NCBI GenBank assembly: GCA_963732575.1
Contig: CAVTAA010000006.1
Span: 64,509-128,508 of the forward strand
DNA from: an uncultured Bacteroidales bacterium
GTDB taxonomy: Bacteria; Bacteroidota; Bacteroidia; Bacteroidales; VadinHA17
DNA length: 64,000 bases
Reading direction: 5' to 3'
The stretch's first letter is position 1, and each line of letters opens with the position of its first letter. The position numbers were made by a program, and so were the translations under genes. The notes beneath the pieces were generated by a model, which saw nothing but the letters and a program-made list of their open reading frames with translations, did not search any database and was not told the DNA's origin. Positions 29,792 to 40,561 of this stretch are shown one piece after another.

Positions 29792-31898
29792 ATGAAAAGA
29801 ACTACTTTATTCCTTACGCTATGATTATCATATTGCTGTTGCCTGACAGGTTGCGGACCGAGAAAAGAAAAATTCCGCAGAGATGACAGATCCGTATCTC
29901 TGGCTTGAGGAGGTCGATGGAGAGAAAGCTCTCGACTGGGCAAGAGCACAGAATAAGATCTCGGATGAGGCCTTTACCAGCCTGCCTCTGTTCACTGAAC
30001 TAAGAGACAGGTTCCTGACTGTTTTTAATGACAAGGAAAGGGTGATTTATCCTGACATGGTTGGTAACTATGTATATAATCTGTGGCAGGACGAAAAGAA
30101 TGAACGCGGTCTCTGGAGGAGAATGTCAAAAGAAGATTATCTGGATGCGAAAAATGACTGGGAGGTTGTGCTTGACCTAGACAAGCTGTCAGCAGAGGAA
30201 AACAGAAAATGGGTGTTTGCGCGGAGCCAGCCTGGCTGGGTCCGGAGTATAACCTCTGCCTGCTTTACCTCTCTGACGGAGGTAAGGACGAAAGTGTCAT
30301 CAGGGAATTCGATGTATCAAAAAAAACATTTGTGACTGGCGGCTTCACTGTCAGTGAGAGCAAGGGCAGCGCCACATGGATTGATAAGGACAATATTCTT
30401 GTGGCAACAAATTACGGACCCGGCACGGTGACCACCTCGGGGTATCCAACGACTGTAAAACTGTGGAAAAGGGGCGATGATCCGGCCGGGGCAGAAACAC
30501 TGCTTGAAACAGACACCACCACGATGGGTGTTTTTGTCAACGGCATGAACGTAGACGGAAAACAATACACCTTCATAGATGTACAGTAAAGGTTTTTATG
30601 AGACAGACATTTACCTGTATACTGCTGAAGGACTACGCAAGATAGAGGTTCCGTCAGATGTGGAGTATAAAGGAATGCACGGAGACGAAATGCTCCTTTA
30701 TCTTCAGTCAGACTGGGAAACTGAAAATGAAACTTACAAATCCGGAACCTTAGTCAGCTATGATCTTACGGTTTCCTTTCCGGCAAAACAACAGTAAGAA
30801 CTATCTATCAGCCTGAGGAACGGGCAAGCTTTGCTCAGTTTTGTCAGCAAAAGATTTCGTAGTTGTTTCCACGATGGAGAATGTGCAGAGCAAATTGAAG
30901 ATTTTTCGCGACTGAAGGTGATAAAATGGATGGAGAGGCTGTACCTGTACCTGAATTCGGAACAGTCATCGCTTGTCAGTTCAGATGACCAGTCGGATGA
31001 CTATTTCTTTGCTTTCAGTAATCCCGTGACACCATCAACACTTTACTATGGTGACGGTGAAAAAATCACAGCTATTAGGAAGCAGAAAGACTATTTTGAT
31101 GCTTCCGGTCTGATTGTAGAACAGTCTGAGGCAGTTTCGAAAGACGGCACTATAATTCCATACTTCATTGTTCACCCGAAAGATATGGTTTATGACGGTA
31201 AAAATCCGACACTGATATATGGTTATGGAGGATTCAATATTTCCGAACAACCATGGTACAGTTCAGTCACCGGCATAGGATGGCTGGAGCAGGGCGGAGT
31301 TTATGTCATTGCCAATATCCGTGGCGGAGGTGAATTCGGTCCTGCATGGCACCATGCGGCACTGAAAGAAAAACGTCAGAATGCGTACGACGATTTCTTT
31401 GCCGTTGCTGAAGATGTTATTAGCCAAAAGATAACCTCGCCTGAGTACATGGGTGCTTTCGGGTGGAGCAACGGAGGGCTGCTGGCAGGTGTAGCGCTGA
31501 CTCAGAGACCTGATCTGTATAATGCAGTGGTAATTGGTGCGCCTCTTCTTGATATGAAACGCTACTCCCACATGCTTGCAGGTGCCAGCTGGATGGATGA
31601 GTACGGAGATCCTGACAAGCCTGAGGATTGGGCTTTTATAAGCAAGTATTCACCATACCAGAATCTGAGCAAGAAGACAAAATACCCCGAGCCGCTCTTC
31701 ATAACCTCAACCAGGGATGACAGGGTACACCCCGGTCATGCCCGGAAGATGGCGGCAAAAATGATTGATATGGGTCACCCGGTTTACTACCATGAGACGA
31801 TAGAGGGTGGTCACGGCGCTGCTTCCACCAATGCACAGGAGGCTGACATGTGGGCTCTGATCTATTCCTACCTCAATAAAAAGCTGATTATCAAGTAA
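29792..31898 (+). pseudogene. Prolyl oligopeptidase (S9A) family lipoprotein, at least 5 frameshifts
   Basis: MTDPYLWLEEVDGEKALDWARAQN is the S9A N-terminal hallmark. The C-terminal piece 30831..31898 has the catalytic GWSNGGLL, ..TSTRDDRVHP.. and ..GGHGA. A lipobox LTGC lies upstream. Confidence 0.85.
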
Positions 31899-31915
31899 AA
31901 GTCTTAAAATAAGAA

Positions 31916-31941
31916 GACTGCCGGCTTGGGGCCCGGCAGTC
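31916..31941 (+). terminator. Stem-loop after the peptidase gene (possible terminator, no U-tract)
   Basis: A 9-bp stem (GACTGCCGG at 31916-31924 pairing with CCGGCAGTC at 31933-31941) encloses an 8-nt loop, 18 nt after the stop codon. Confidence 0.4.
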
Positions 31942-32210
31942 TCCGGCAATAAAACGGACTTATATAAAGAAAGAAAGAAGTTTTTATGTCCTGAACCTTG
32001 TCCTTAACTTACAAGGCAAAAATATTTTGCAATTATGAAGATTTAATGAAGTTGGAGAAAAATTGTCTTATGGTTTGCCTGCCCGGATGGCTGAAAACTA
32101 AAATACTTTGTACTGAAATATATGATATGTCCCAAGGTGAAATAAAATTTTATACATTTATGGAGCCTGATTGATTGATTTATCATATAACTAACCTAAA
32201 TACCTGAATT

Positions 32211-32558
32211 ATGACCAGTTCAAAACTAACAGCAGGTTTTCTCCTTGGATTGTTGCTGCTCATTTCTTCGTGCGGCGGCGGAAAAACCAGGGAGGCCAAG
32301 GGTGAACCCGCAGCAGCGACAACCACAATTGAATTGACAATCGGAGGAATGACCTGCACGGGATGCGAGAATACAATTCAAACAAATCTGGGTAAAGTAC
32401 CCGGTATAATTTCAGTTACCGCATCACACCTCAAGGGAAATGCCATCATCGAGTATGAGCCCGGCAAAGTTGACACTCTCAAAATAAAAGAGGTGGTTGA
32501 TGGAGTGGGTTATACTGCCCTCAAAGTCTCTCCTGCAGAGACGACGGTTGCCGACTGA
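32211..32558 (+). CDS. Heavy-metal-associated (HMA) domain lipoprotein, copper chaperone-like
   Basis: The protein has a lipoprotein signal (..LLLISSCGGG) and a GMTCTGCENTIQ metal-binding motif in a ferredoxin-like HMA domain. Confidence 0.85.
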   Translation: MTSSKLTAGFLLGLLLLISSCGGGKTREAKGEPAAATTTIELTIGGMTCTGCENTIQTNLGKVPGIISVTASHLKGNAIIEYEPGKVDTLKIKEVVDGVGYTALKVSPAETTVAD

Positions 32559-32601
32559 TTTTATGCTGGTTACTTTTTATTTTCACCTCAATTAATCCGT
32601 T

Positions 32602-33579
32602 ATGTCAAAGGAGAAGCAGGAGAAGAATGATGGAAAGCCTGATCTGGATAAGGTAATCGAGACGTCGAGACGTGATTTTATCCGTAAGGTCACCATCGCC
32701 GGGGCAGTGACAGTCACAGGCGCTGCAGCCGTATATTCCGGTCACCGTTTTGAAAAGGGAAAACACCGGGAAGGAATGGTCAGGGTGCTTACTGAGGACA
32801 ACCGGCTTGTTGAGATACCCATTGAGCAGATGAAGGATTTCAAGCCTGATCTGAAGATGCTGCAGAGCCGGGGCCGTGAGGGCATCAGCGGCCGGAGGTG
32901 GGTCATGGTGATCGATCTTTCAAGATGCAGGAATGCGAGGAAATGTGTGGAGGCATGCCAGAGTGCACATCATCTTCGCCCTTATGAGTATCACATCAAC
33001 ACGCTGGTAATGCAGGAGTCTGTCAATACACCAGCCTATTTCATGCCAAAACAATGCCAGCACTGTGACAACCCGCCATGTGTTTCTGTCTGTCCCGTTG
33101 ATGCCACCTTCAAGAGGCAGGATGGCATCGTGCTTATCGACAACGAGCGTTGCATAGGGTGCCGGTTTTGCATTGCAGCCTGCCCCTACTCGGCCAGGAT
33201 CTTTCACTGGCAGGAGCCTTCGATGGCGGAGGCTGACAAGGAACTGGAGTATGATGTGGAGCTGAACGTGCCCCATAAGAAGGGAACGGTGACCAAGTGC
33301 CTCTTCAGTGCCGACAGGCTCCGTGAAGGAATACTCCCCTACTGCGTCACGGCCTGCCCCAACGGGGTGTATTATTTCGGTGATGAGAACGAAAATGCAG
33401 TCACCAACGGCACCACAAAAGAAACGGTACGTCTGAGCGAGCTGCTGGAACAGAACGGGGCATACAGGCTCATGCCCGAGCTTGGAACAAAACCGAGGAT
33501 ATACTACCTGCCGCCCAAGAACAGGCTGTTCGACTTCGAAAGGGGTGAAAGCAAAGAGTTTAAGGAAGAAACGATTTAA
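32602..33579 (+). CDS. Tat-exported 4Fe-4S ferredoxin-type subunit, NrfC/PsrB/ActB-C-terminal-like
   Basis: The twin-arginine signal is SRRDFIRKVTIAGAV. Cysteine clusters are CQHCDNPPCVSVCP, CIGCRFCIAACP and C..YCVTACP. The protein is 325 aa. Confidence 0.85.
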   Translation: MSKEKQEKNDGKPDLDKVIETSRRDFIRKVTIAGAVTVTGAAAVYSGHRFEKGKHREGMVRVLTEDNRLVEIPIEQMKDFKPDLKMLQSRGREGISGRRWVMVIDLSRCRNARKCVEACQSAHHLRPYEYHINTLVMQESVNTPAYFMPKQCQHCDNPPCVSVCPVDATFKRQDGIVLIDNERCIGCRFCIAACPYSARIFHWQEPSMAEADKELEYDVELNVPHKKGTVTKCLFSADRLREGILPYCVTACPNGVYYFGDENENAVTNGTTKETVRLSELLEQNGAYRLMPELGTKPRIYYLPPKNRLFDFERGESKEFKEETI

Positions 33580-33591
33580 ACAAGCAACATT

Positions 33592-34941
33592 ATGGCTGAA
33601 ACCCGTTTCAACACTCCTGAAGAACAGAGGAAAATTGATTCCATAGCTGCGGATATTTTACGAAATGTGAGAATAAACAAGGGTTTTATACTCTGGATGG
33701 GATTTCTTATCACCCTTCTGGCCCTGTGTCTCCTGGCTTATATTATTCAGCTGAAAAAAGGGCTTGGGGTTACCGGCCTGCGTGACTTCACCAGCTGGGG
33801 CATGTATATCGCCAACTTCGTTTTCTTTGTGGCGACCAGCCTTGTGGGCATGCTGATCAGCTCAGTACTTGGGATGATTGGCTACCAATGGGTCAAACCT
33901 ATTTCACGAATTGCCGAAATTATTGCCATTGCTTTTGCCGCCGTAGCCGGACTGGTGATCGTATCTGACATGGGGCGCCCTGACAGACTGCCCTACGTGT
34001 TTATGTACGGACGCGTTCAGTCACCAATTCTATGGGACGTGACCGTGGTGACCACTTATTTTGTGCTCAGCCTGCTGCTCTGGTTCTTTCCGCTCATACC
34101 TGACCTTGCCATTTCAAAGAGCAGGATGAACGGAAGACCGGCATTCCTTGTGAAGGCGTATGAGATTCTTTCATTCAGATGGGAGCACCATGAGGCACAG
34201 TACAAAATAATGAAACAGGCTGTACGGATACTTCTGATACTCATCATCCCGACGGCATTTGCCATTCACACGGTGACATCATGGCTCTTTGCCGTAACAC
34301 CCCGGACAGGATGGGACAGTACTATCTTCGGGCCCTACTTCATTTCAGGCGCCTTCGTTTCAGGTACGGCAGCGGTGATTATTGCAATGTATTTCTTCAG
34401 GGTAAACTACAGGCTCGAAAAGTACCTCACCGGAGATCATTTCGAAAAGATAGGCAGGGTACTGGTTCTTGTGTCAATAGTTTATCTGTACTTTAACCTG
34501 AATGAGTTCCTCGTTCCCGGTTACAAGCTGAAGACCGGCGATGCAATCCACCTCCGTGAGCTGTTTACCGGTCACTACGCTCCTCTTTTCTGGGGCATTC
34601 AGATCCTGGGATTAATAGTGCCGATTATCCTGCTGCTGTTCAGGAAAATACGCAGGCCGTTGCCCATGCTGGTCATTTCTTTGGTTGTGCTGTGTGCTTC
34701 ATGGCTCAAGAGGCTTATCATCGTCATCCCTCCGCAGGCCCATCCGAACCTGCCGATACAGAATGTTCCACCCGAATGGATCGTTTATAAACCCACACTT
34801 ATTGAGTCCGCCGTAACCCTTGCTTCAATACTGCTTGTACTGATCATCGTGACCATTCTTTCAAAGCTGTTCCCTGTGATACCTATCTGGGAGATGGCTG
34901 AAGACGATAGTAAAAAATCCATTAACATCGAAAACCGGTAA
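33592..34941 (+). CDS. NrfD/PsrC/ActC-like quinone-interacting membrane subunit
   Basis: The 449-aa protein has about 10 TM helices and lies directly after the FeS subunit, which is the standard NrfCD-type pairing. Confidence 0.8.
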   Translation: MAETRFNTPEEQRKIDSIAADILRNVRINKGFILWMGFLITLLALCLLAYIIQLKKGLGVTGLRDFTSWGMYIANFVFFVATSLVGMLISSVLGMIGYQWVKPISRIAEIIAIAFAAVAGLVIVSDMGRPDRLPYVFMYGRVQSPILWDVTVVTTYFVLSLLLWFFPLIPDLAISKSRMNGRPAFLVKAYEILSFRWEHHEAQYKIMKQAVRILLILIIPTAFAIHTVTSWLFAVTPRTGWDSTIFGPYFISGAFVSGTAAVIIAMYFFRVNYRLEKYLTGDHFEKIGRVLVLVSIVYLYFNLNEFLVPGYKLKTGDAIHLRELFTGHYAPLFWGIQILGLIVPIILLLFRKIRRPLPMLVISLVVLCASWLKRLIIVIPPQAHPNLPIQNVPPEWIVYKPTLIESAVTLASILLVLIIVTILSKLFPVIPIWEMAEDDSKKSINIENR

Positions 34942-34953
34942 CAACGCTTGAAT

Positions 34954-35910
34954 ATGAAGAGTGTCATTACGCTTATCTGGTGCCTGATCCTGTTTCCGTC
35001 CTTTACCTGGGGCCAGGAGTGGATAGTACCGGAAGAGAGAAGAGGAAGGCTGAGTACTTTCCCATTTACTGATGAGACACGAAAAGAGGGAGAGAAACTC
35101 TATACCGTAAATTGTTTGTCATGCCACGGTAACCCGGGAAAAGGAAACTACCTGGCCCTGGTGCCTGTGCCCGGTGACCCTGCCACAGAAAAGATCCAGA
35201 GAAACAGCGACGGAGAGATCTTTCATAAAGTTTCTGTGGGAAAAGGACAGATGCCTTCGTTCCGTAGTGTTCTCACCACGGATGACATCTGGAAGACAGT
35301 CTCATATATCAGGAGCTTCAACAAAAGCTATGTTCAGCAGGTCATGCAGGTCATCACCTCATCAGCCTATCCCGGGGCAGTGATAAGCATGAAAATAGCA
35401 TATAACGCCGCGGAACATGCCCTGACGGTTATGGCCCGGGCGGCGGATGAAGAGAAGACTGTACCGGTTACCGGAGCCGGGGTAAAACTTTTTGCTTCAC
35501 GTTATTTCGGCAAGCTGCCCCTGGATGAGGAGAAAATAACCGACAGCAAGGGCAATGCAACCTTCACGATTCCGGCTGACATTCCAGGCGATACAGCCGG
35601 CAATGTCAGCATCAGTGCAAGGTTTACAGATGAAGAGGTATTTGGTGTCGTTTCAAAAGATACTGTCATTAAAGCTGGTGTAATAACCGTTCCTGTAAGC
35701 CTGGTGGCGGAAAGAGCCATGTGGAACAATGTAAGAAAAGCCCCTGTATGGATCATCCTGACCTATACACTGGGTGTTCTTGCTGTATGGGGATTTATCT
35801 TCCTGGTTATGATGAAACTGCGTGATATATATACTATTGGCAGTGCCCTCAGAGGTAAACTTGATGACACCACTGAACCGGAGACAAGCCACAAACAAGC
35901 AGAAATATGA
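34954..35910 (+). CDS. Membrane-anchored monoheme c-type cytochrome (ActE-like) with extra beta-rich domain
   Basis: The protein has a signal peptide, a CLSCHG heme motif with a distal GQMPSF Met ligand, a roughly 130-aa extra domain and a C-terminal TM helix (VWIILTYTLGVLAVWGFIFLVMM). I prefer ATG 34954 over the TTG at 34948. Confidence 0.8.
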   Translation: MKSVITLIWCLILFPSFTWGQEWIVPEERRGRLSTFPFTDETRKEGEKLYTVNCLSCHGNPGKGNYLALVPVPGDPATEKIQRNSDGEIFHKVSVGKGQMPSFRSVLTTDDIWKTVSYIRSFNKSYVQQVMQVITSSAYPGAVISMKIAYNAAEHALTVMARAADEEKTVPVTGAGVKLFASRYFGKLPLDEEKITDSKGNATFTIPADIPGDTAGNVSISARFTDEEVFGVVSKDTVIKAGVITVPVSLVAERAMWNNVRKAPVWIILTYTLGVLAVWGFIFLVMMKLRDIYTIGSALRGKLDDTTEPETSHKQAEI

Positions 35911-36293
35911 AAAACCTTGCACCAATCGGCAGGATCCTCTTCGCCCTGCCATTTGCGATATTCGGGATCAACCATTTCCTGATGATGGATTACTATGTTG
36001 GAATGCTGACCTCATTCATACCACTGGGGGGATATACAATAATTCTGACGGGGCTGATACTCATAGCCGTGAGTATAAGCATCATCACCAAGAAGTTCGT
36101 CAGGCTATCAACACTGGTGCTTGCAGGGCTCTTGCTGATTTTTATTCTTACAATCCATATACCCCATCTGATTAACGGGGCCGACAGACCCCTGATCCTT
36201 ATCGCCTTGCTGAAGGATATCTCGCTGATGGGTGGCTCACTGATGATAGCAGGCATGTCTTCAGACGATAAAAAACAAATAACAGATAAATGA
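35907..36293 (+). CDS. DoxX family membrane protein
   Basis: The 128-aa protein has 4 TM helices (GRILFALPFAIFGINHF..) with a DoxX-like pattern. It overlaps the cytochrome c gene by 4 nt. Confidence 0.7.
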   Translation: MKNLAPIGRILFALPFAIFGINHFLMMDYYVGMLTSFIPLGGYTIILTGLILIAVSISIITKKFVRLSTLVLAGLLLIFILTIHIPHLINGADRPLILIALLKDISLMGGSLMIAGMSSDDKKQITDK

Positions 36294-36321
36294 AAATGAA
36301 ACACTGGTTGCAGCAATACTG

Positions 36322-37071
36322 TTGCTTTCCATCCTTCCGCTGATCACAGCACAGGATATAAAGAAAGCTGATTATCAGTTCAAGGATGTGGAGATTGGTG
36401 TAATCGAACACCTCGGTGACACAATCCCGCTTGACCTCTGGTTTTTCAATGAGGAAAACGAGAAGGTTACTCTGAGAGAGCTGATTGACAAACCTGTAAT
36501 ATTGTGTCTGGTCTATTTTGACTGTCCCAATATATGCAGCCCACTGATGGACGGCGTTGCCGATGTGGTAAGCAAAATGGACATGAGCATAGGAGATGAT
36601 TACAAGATCATCACCATCAGCTTCAACACAAGCGACACTCCCGAAAAAGCCAGGGAGAAGAAAGTGAACTTCGTGCAGCGTATCAGCAAGGAGCACCAGA
36701 AAGACTGGATCTACCTTACCGGAACACAGGAGAATATCACAGCAATAACTGAAGCTGTCGGGTATAAATACAAACCGCAGGGACTTGACTTCGCTCATCC
36801 TGCCGTGATAGCCATACTCAGTCCTGCCGGAAAGATAACACGGTACCTTTACGGCATCACCTATCTTCCCTTTGATGTCAAGATGGCAATCATCGAAGCT
36901 CAGAAAGGTATAGCCCGCCCAACTTCCAACCGGATCCTGGAATATTGTTTCGGATATAATCCTGCCAGCAAGACCTATACGCTGCAGGTCACGAGGATAG
37001 TTGGGGTAATAACAATATTCCTGGCACTGGTGATACTTGTTTTTCTGCTTATCAGGCGAAGGAAAAAATAA
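36322..37071 (+). CDS. SCO1/SenC copper chaperone (start probably disrupted)
   Basis: The thioredoxin fold has the copper-binding motif YFDCPNICSPLMDG and a C-terminal TM segment. The expected signal peptide (MKMK-TLVAAILLLSILPLITAQ) starts at ATG 36290 in another frame. One missing A at AAA 36299-36301 would join them. Confidence 0.85.
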   Translation: MLSILPLITAQDIKKADYQFKDVEIGVIEHLGDTIPLDLWFFNEENEKVTLRELIDKPVILCLVYFDCPNICSPLMDGVADVVSKMDMSIGDDYKIITISFNTSDTPEKAREKKVNFVQRISKEHQKDWIYLTGTQENITAITEAVGYKYKPQGLDFAHPAVIAILSPAGKITRYLYGITYLPFDVKMAIIEAQKGIARPTSNRILEYCFGYNPASKTYTLQVTRIVGVITIFLALVILVFLLIRRRKK

Positions 37072-37083
37072 AAACAGGCATAT

Positions 37084-38701
37084 ATGGCAAATGAAACTCA
37101 GGTAAGCTACCTGGAATACCAGGGCAGGCACAAAGGGATATGGTCATGGCTGCTAAGCACCGATCACAAGCGTATCGGGCTGATGTACCTCTATGCCGTC
37201 ATTGTCTTCTTTTTTGTGGCTGCCGTCCTCGGTGTGCTCATGCGCATAGAACTGATAGCTCCGGGCCGCACTATCATGGAACCGCAGACTTACAACGGTC
37301 TCTTCACGATCCACGGCATCATAATGATATTTGTGATCGTCATCCCGGGCCTGGCGACCGTTTTCGGCAACTTTTTCCTGCCCATCCTTATCGGGGCCAA
37401 AGACGTCGCTTTTCCAAAGCTGAATTTGTTCTCGTGGTATCTGTATATCATCGGGGCCCTATTGGGAGTGCTTTCCCAGTTCCTGGGTAACGGGCCGCCT
37501 GATACAGGCTGGACCTTCTATGTGCCTTACAGCGTGGAGTCGTCAACCAGCGTCATCTGGGCCCTTACTGCCGCTTTCATTCTTGGCTTCTCCTCCATTC
37601 TTACAGGGCTTAACTTCATTGTGACAATTCACCGGATGCGCGCACCGGGAATGAAATGGATGCGTATGCCTCTCTTTCCCTGGGCGCTCTATGCCACTGC
37701 ATGGATACAGGTTCTCGCCACCCCCATTGTAGGGATAACCCTCCTTATGGTTATTGCAGAGAGAGTGCTGAATATCGGTTTCTTCGACCCTGCCCTCGGA
37801 GGTGACCCGGTGCTGTTCCAGCATCTTTTCTGGATATATTCTCACCCTGCAGTTTACATAATGATATTGCCCGCCATGGGTGTCGTCACTGAGATATTCC
37901 CAACCTTCAGCCAGAAACCGGTGTTCGGCTACGGCGCCATAGTACTCTCAAGCCTTGCCATTGCCTTTGTCGGATACTTTGTGTGGGGACATCATATGTT
38001 CACATCAGGCATGAGCTACAACGCCAGGTGGTTCTTCTCATTCCTCACATTCATTGTGGCAGTACCCAGCGCAATAAAAGTATTTAATTGGATATCAACG
38101 ATGTACGGAGGGTCAATAGACCTTAAACCTCCCCTGCTGTACGCCATATCATTTATTTTTCTCTTTATGATAGGCGGTTTCACAGGACTGGTTCTGGGAT
38201 CACTTGCAACCAATGTGCAGGCACACGACACTGCATTTGTGGTGGCCCACTTTCACTACATCATCTTCGGGGGCATGGGCTTTGCCTTCTTTGCTGCAAT
38301 ACACTACTGGTTCCCTAAAATGTACGGGAGGATGTACAACAATAAGGTGGCAAACATTGCCTGGGGCTTCAACTTCGTTGGGTTTAACCTTCTCTACTTC
38401 CCTCAGTTTATCATCGGGTTGCAGGGAATGCCAAGACGCTCATATGACTACCTTCCACAGTTCCAGACCGGACACTTCCTTTCAACGATCGGAGCTTTCG
38501 TGCTTTTTGCCGGGCTTATTCTCATGGTCGTATAACCTTCTGGCAGCCAGGCGGCGGGGAGCCATCGCTCCTGCCAATCCATGGCATGGGGTCACGCTGG
38601 AATGGAAGATACCTTCACCCCCTCCCCATGAAAACTTTGAAGAGATACCTGAGATAACATCAAGGCCTTATCTTTTCGGTAAGAAGGAAGAAACCAAATA
38701 G
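37084..38701 (+). pseudogene. ctaD: Cytochrome c oxidase subunit I, one +1 frameshift near the 3' end
   Basis: The first 483 aa are intact (..WFFGHP-type region [32 protein letters not shown]). The last roughly 50 aa ([25 protein letters not shown]..) continue in the next frame after about 38530. Confidence 0.9.
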
Positions 38702-38712
38702 AAGGACTATCT

Positions 38713-39327
38713 ATGGCAGTTCATCATACCCATACGGAGCATACCGACAGTGAGACAGGCAAACTGGGAATGTGGATCTTCCTGTTCACAGAGCTTTTCC
38801 TTTTCGGGGGACTGTTCCTTGTATACGCCATTTTCAGGGCCAGATACTCTGCTGAATTTCACATTGCAGCCGGCGAGCTGAATGCTTACATCGGAACCAT
38901 GAATACTGTATTCCTGCTTGTAAGCAGTATGACAGCAGCCATGGCGCTGACTGCAATGCAAAAAGGTGACAGGCGGCTGACCCTGTTGCTGCTGACGGTT
39001 ACTATTATCCTGGCATCACTGTTTATGCTGAACAAGTACTTCGAGTGGTCGCATAAGTTTGAGTACGGCATCTATCCCGGCTCACCGGTACTGAAGAATA
39101 TGTCACACGGTGAACTCCTGTTCTTCGGCCTCTACTACATGATGACCGGCCTCCATGCCCTGCACGTACTGATTGGAATGGTGCTGCTCTCAATAAATGT
39201 GGTCAGGGTACGGGCAGGCACGGTCAACAGCACACGATTCCTGATGCTTGAGAACAGCGCCCTTTACTGGCACCTGGTTGACCTGATATGGATTTTCCTG
39301 TTTCCTCTCCTTTACCTTATAACCTGA
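38713..39327 (+). CDS. Heme-copper oxidase subunit III
   Basis: The 204-aa protein has [32 protein letters not shown] and [17 protein letters not shown], which are typical subunit III motifs. Confidence 0.9.
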   Translation: MAVHHTHTEHTDSETGKLGMWIFLFTELFLFGGLFLVYAIFRARYSAEFHIAAGELNAYIGTMNTVFLLVSSMTAAMALTAMQKGDRRLTLLLLTVTIILASLFMLNKYFEWSHKFEYGIYPGSPVLKNMSHGELLFFGLYYMMTGLHALHVLIGMVLLSINVVRVRAGTVNSTRFLMLENSALYWHLVDLIWIFLFPLLYLIT

Positions 39328-39334
39328 GCAAGCC

Positions 39335-39619
39335 ATGAAACACGACGAAACACATATATCATCATATTCATCCCTGGCAATTGTACTGACTATTTTGCTG
39401 GTACTGACCACTATTTCAGTCCTGGCCACAGGTTTTCACCTCGGACCTTTTACCGTTGTCCTGGCGCTTTTAATTGCATGTACAAAGGTTTTTATTGTGA
39501 TTACACAGTTTATGCATCTCAGGTTTGAGAACCTGTTTTTAAAGCTGGCAGTAACAGGAGTGTTCGTGCTATTTGCGCTGGTTGTTATCATTACATTCGT
39601 TGATTATTATTTCAGATAA
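39335..39619 (+). CDS. Bacterial cytochrome c oxidase subunit IV family protein
   Basis: The 94-aa protein has 3 TM helices and the ..TKVFIVITQFMHL motif typical of the small prokaryotic subunit IV (CoxD/CtaF-like). Confidence 0.75.
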   Translation: MKHDETHISSYSSLAIVLTILLVLTTISVLATGFHLGPFTVVLALLIACTKVFIVITQFMHLRFENLFLKLAVTGVFVLFALVVIITFVDYYFR

Positions 39620-39630
39620 AAAGGATAATT

Positions 39631-40561
39631 ATGTTTACAGGAGCATCAAATCTGGCAGAGGGTGTAGACAAGGCATTCCTGTTCATCTTTATAATTTCCT
39701 TCATTTTCATCATAGGGATAACGGCCTTCATTATCTACACCGTGATTCATTTTAACCGGAAAAAAGGGAAAGAAGCCAGGCAATTCACGGGCAGCATGAA
39801 GCTGGAGATCTTATGGACGGTGGTTCCCCTTGTGCTGGTGATGTTAATGTTCTGGGTTGGGTGGAAAGCCTTTGCACCGATGCGTAAGGTGCCGGCTGAT
39901 GCAATGGTCATCAAGGCCATTGGTCGCATGTGGGAGTGGGAATTCATTTACGGCGACAGCCTGAAGTCGAGGGAACTCGTACTGCCGATCAATAAGCCTG
40001 TGAAGCTCGAACTGATCTCGGAAGACGTCAATCACAGCCTGTTTATTCCGGCATTCAGGGTCAAGGAGGATGTGGTTCCCGGATATGACAACTACCTGTG
40101 GTTCACCCCCAATTATATCGGTGATTATGAGATCCTCTGCACAGAGTATTGCGGGTTGTTGCATTCGGCCATGACATCGAAGACACGTATTGTTGAACAG
40201 GAGGAATTCGACAGGTGGTATGAAGAGCTTGCAGCAGCAGCATTTATTCCTGAGCCTGAAGGACTGAAACTGCTCAGAAATACAGGATGCCTGGCATGTC
40301 ACTCGCTTGACGCCTCAAAGCTGGTCGGACCGTCATTCGCGGGTTTGTACGGTTCACAACGTACTGTTATTTCAGGAAACACAGAAACGACAGTAACAGC
40401 GGATGATGCATATATAACCAGTTCGATATACAATCCCAATGATGTCATTGTGGCCGGATATGCAAAGAACCTTATGCAATCATACAGCGAATTGCTTGTC
40501 AGAGGCTGACATAACTGTCATCACCGGGTATCTGAAGACACTCAGCCAGGATGCCAGATAA
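39631..40561 (+). pseudogene. coxB: Cytochrome c oxidase subunit II with fused C-terminal cytochrome c domain (caa3-type), frameshift in the last ~20 codons
   Basis: The CuA site is VNHSLFIP..LCTEYCGLLHSAM and the heme c motif is CLACHS. The true tail ..LSEADITVITGYLKTLSQDAR lies in another frame, ends at 40561 and overlaps the next start. Confidence 0.9.

Noticed and set aside
29792-29885. In-frame TGA at 29822-29824 inside the prolyl-oligopeptidase lipoprotein signal peptide (MKRTTLFLTL-TGA-LSYCCCLTGC). I considered it as possible stop-codon reassignment or selenocysteine.
   Set aside because: It is the only in-frame stop I found; every other break in the window is a frame change. Two nearby compensating indels give an even better signal peptide (..LFLTLMIIILLLLTGC). 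TGA clearly terminates many well-supported genes here.
36199-37131. A 310-aa minus-strand ORF that overlaps the DoxX 3' end, the SCO1 gene and the ctaD start.
   Set aside because: It is antisense to well-supported genes, has low-complexity, Cys/Phe/Tyr-rich, non-homologous sequence and no plausible start context. It is a shadow ORF.
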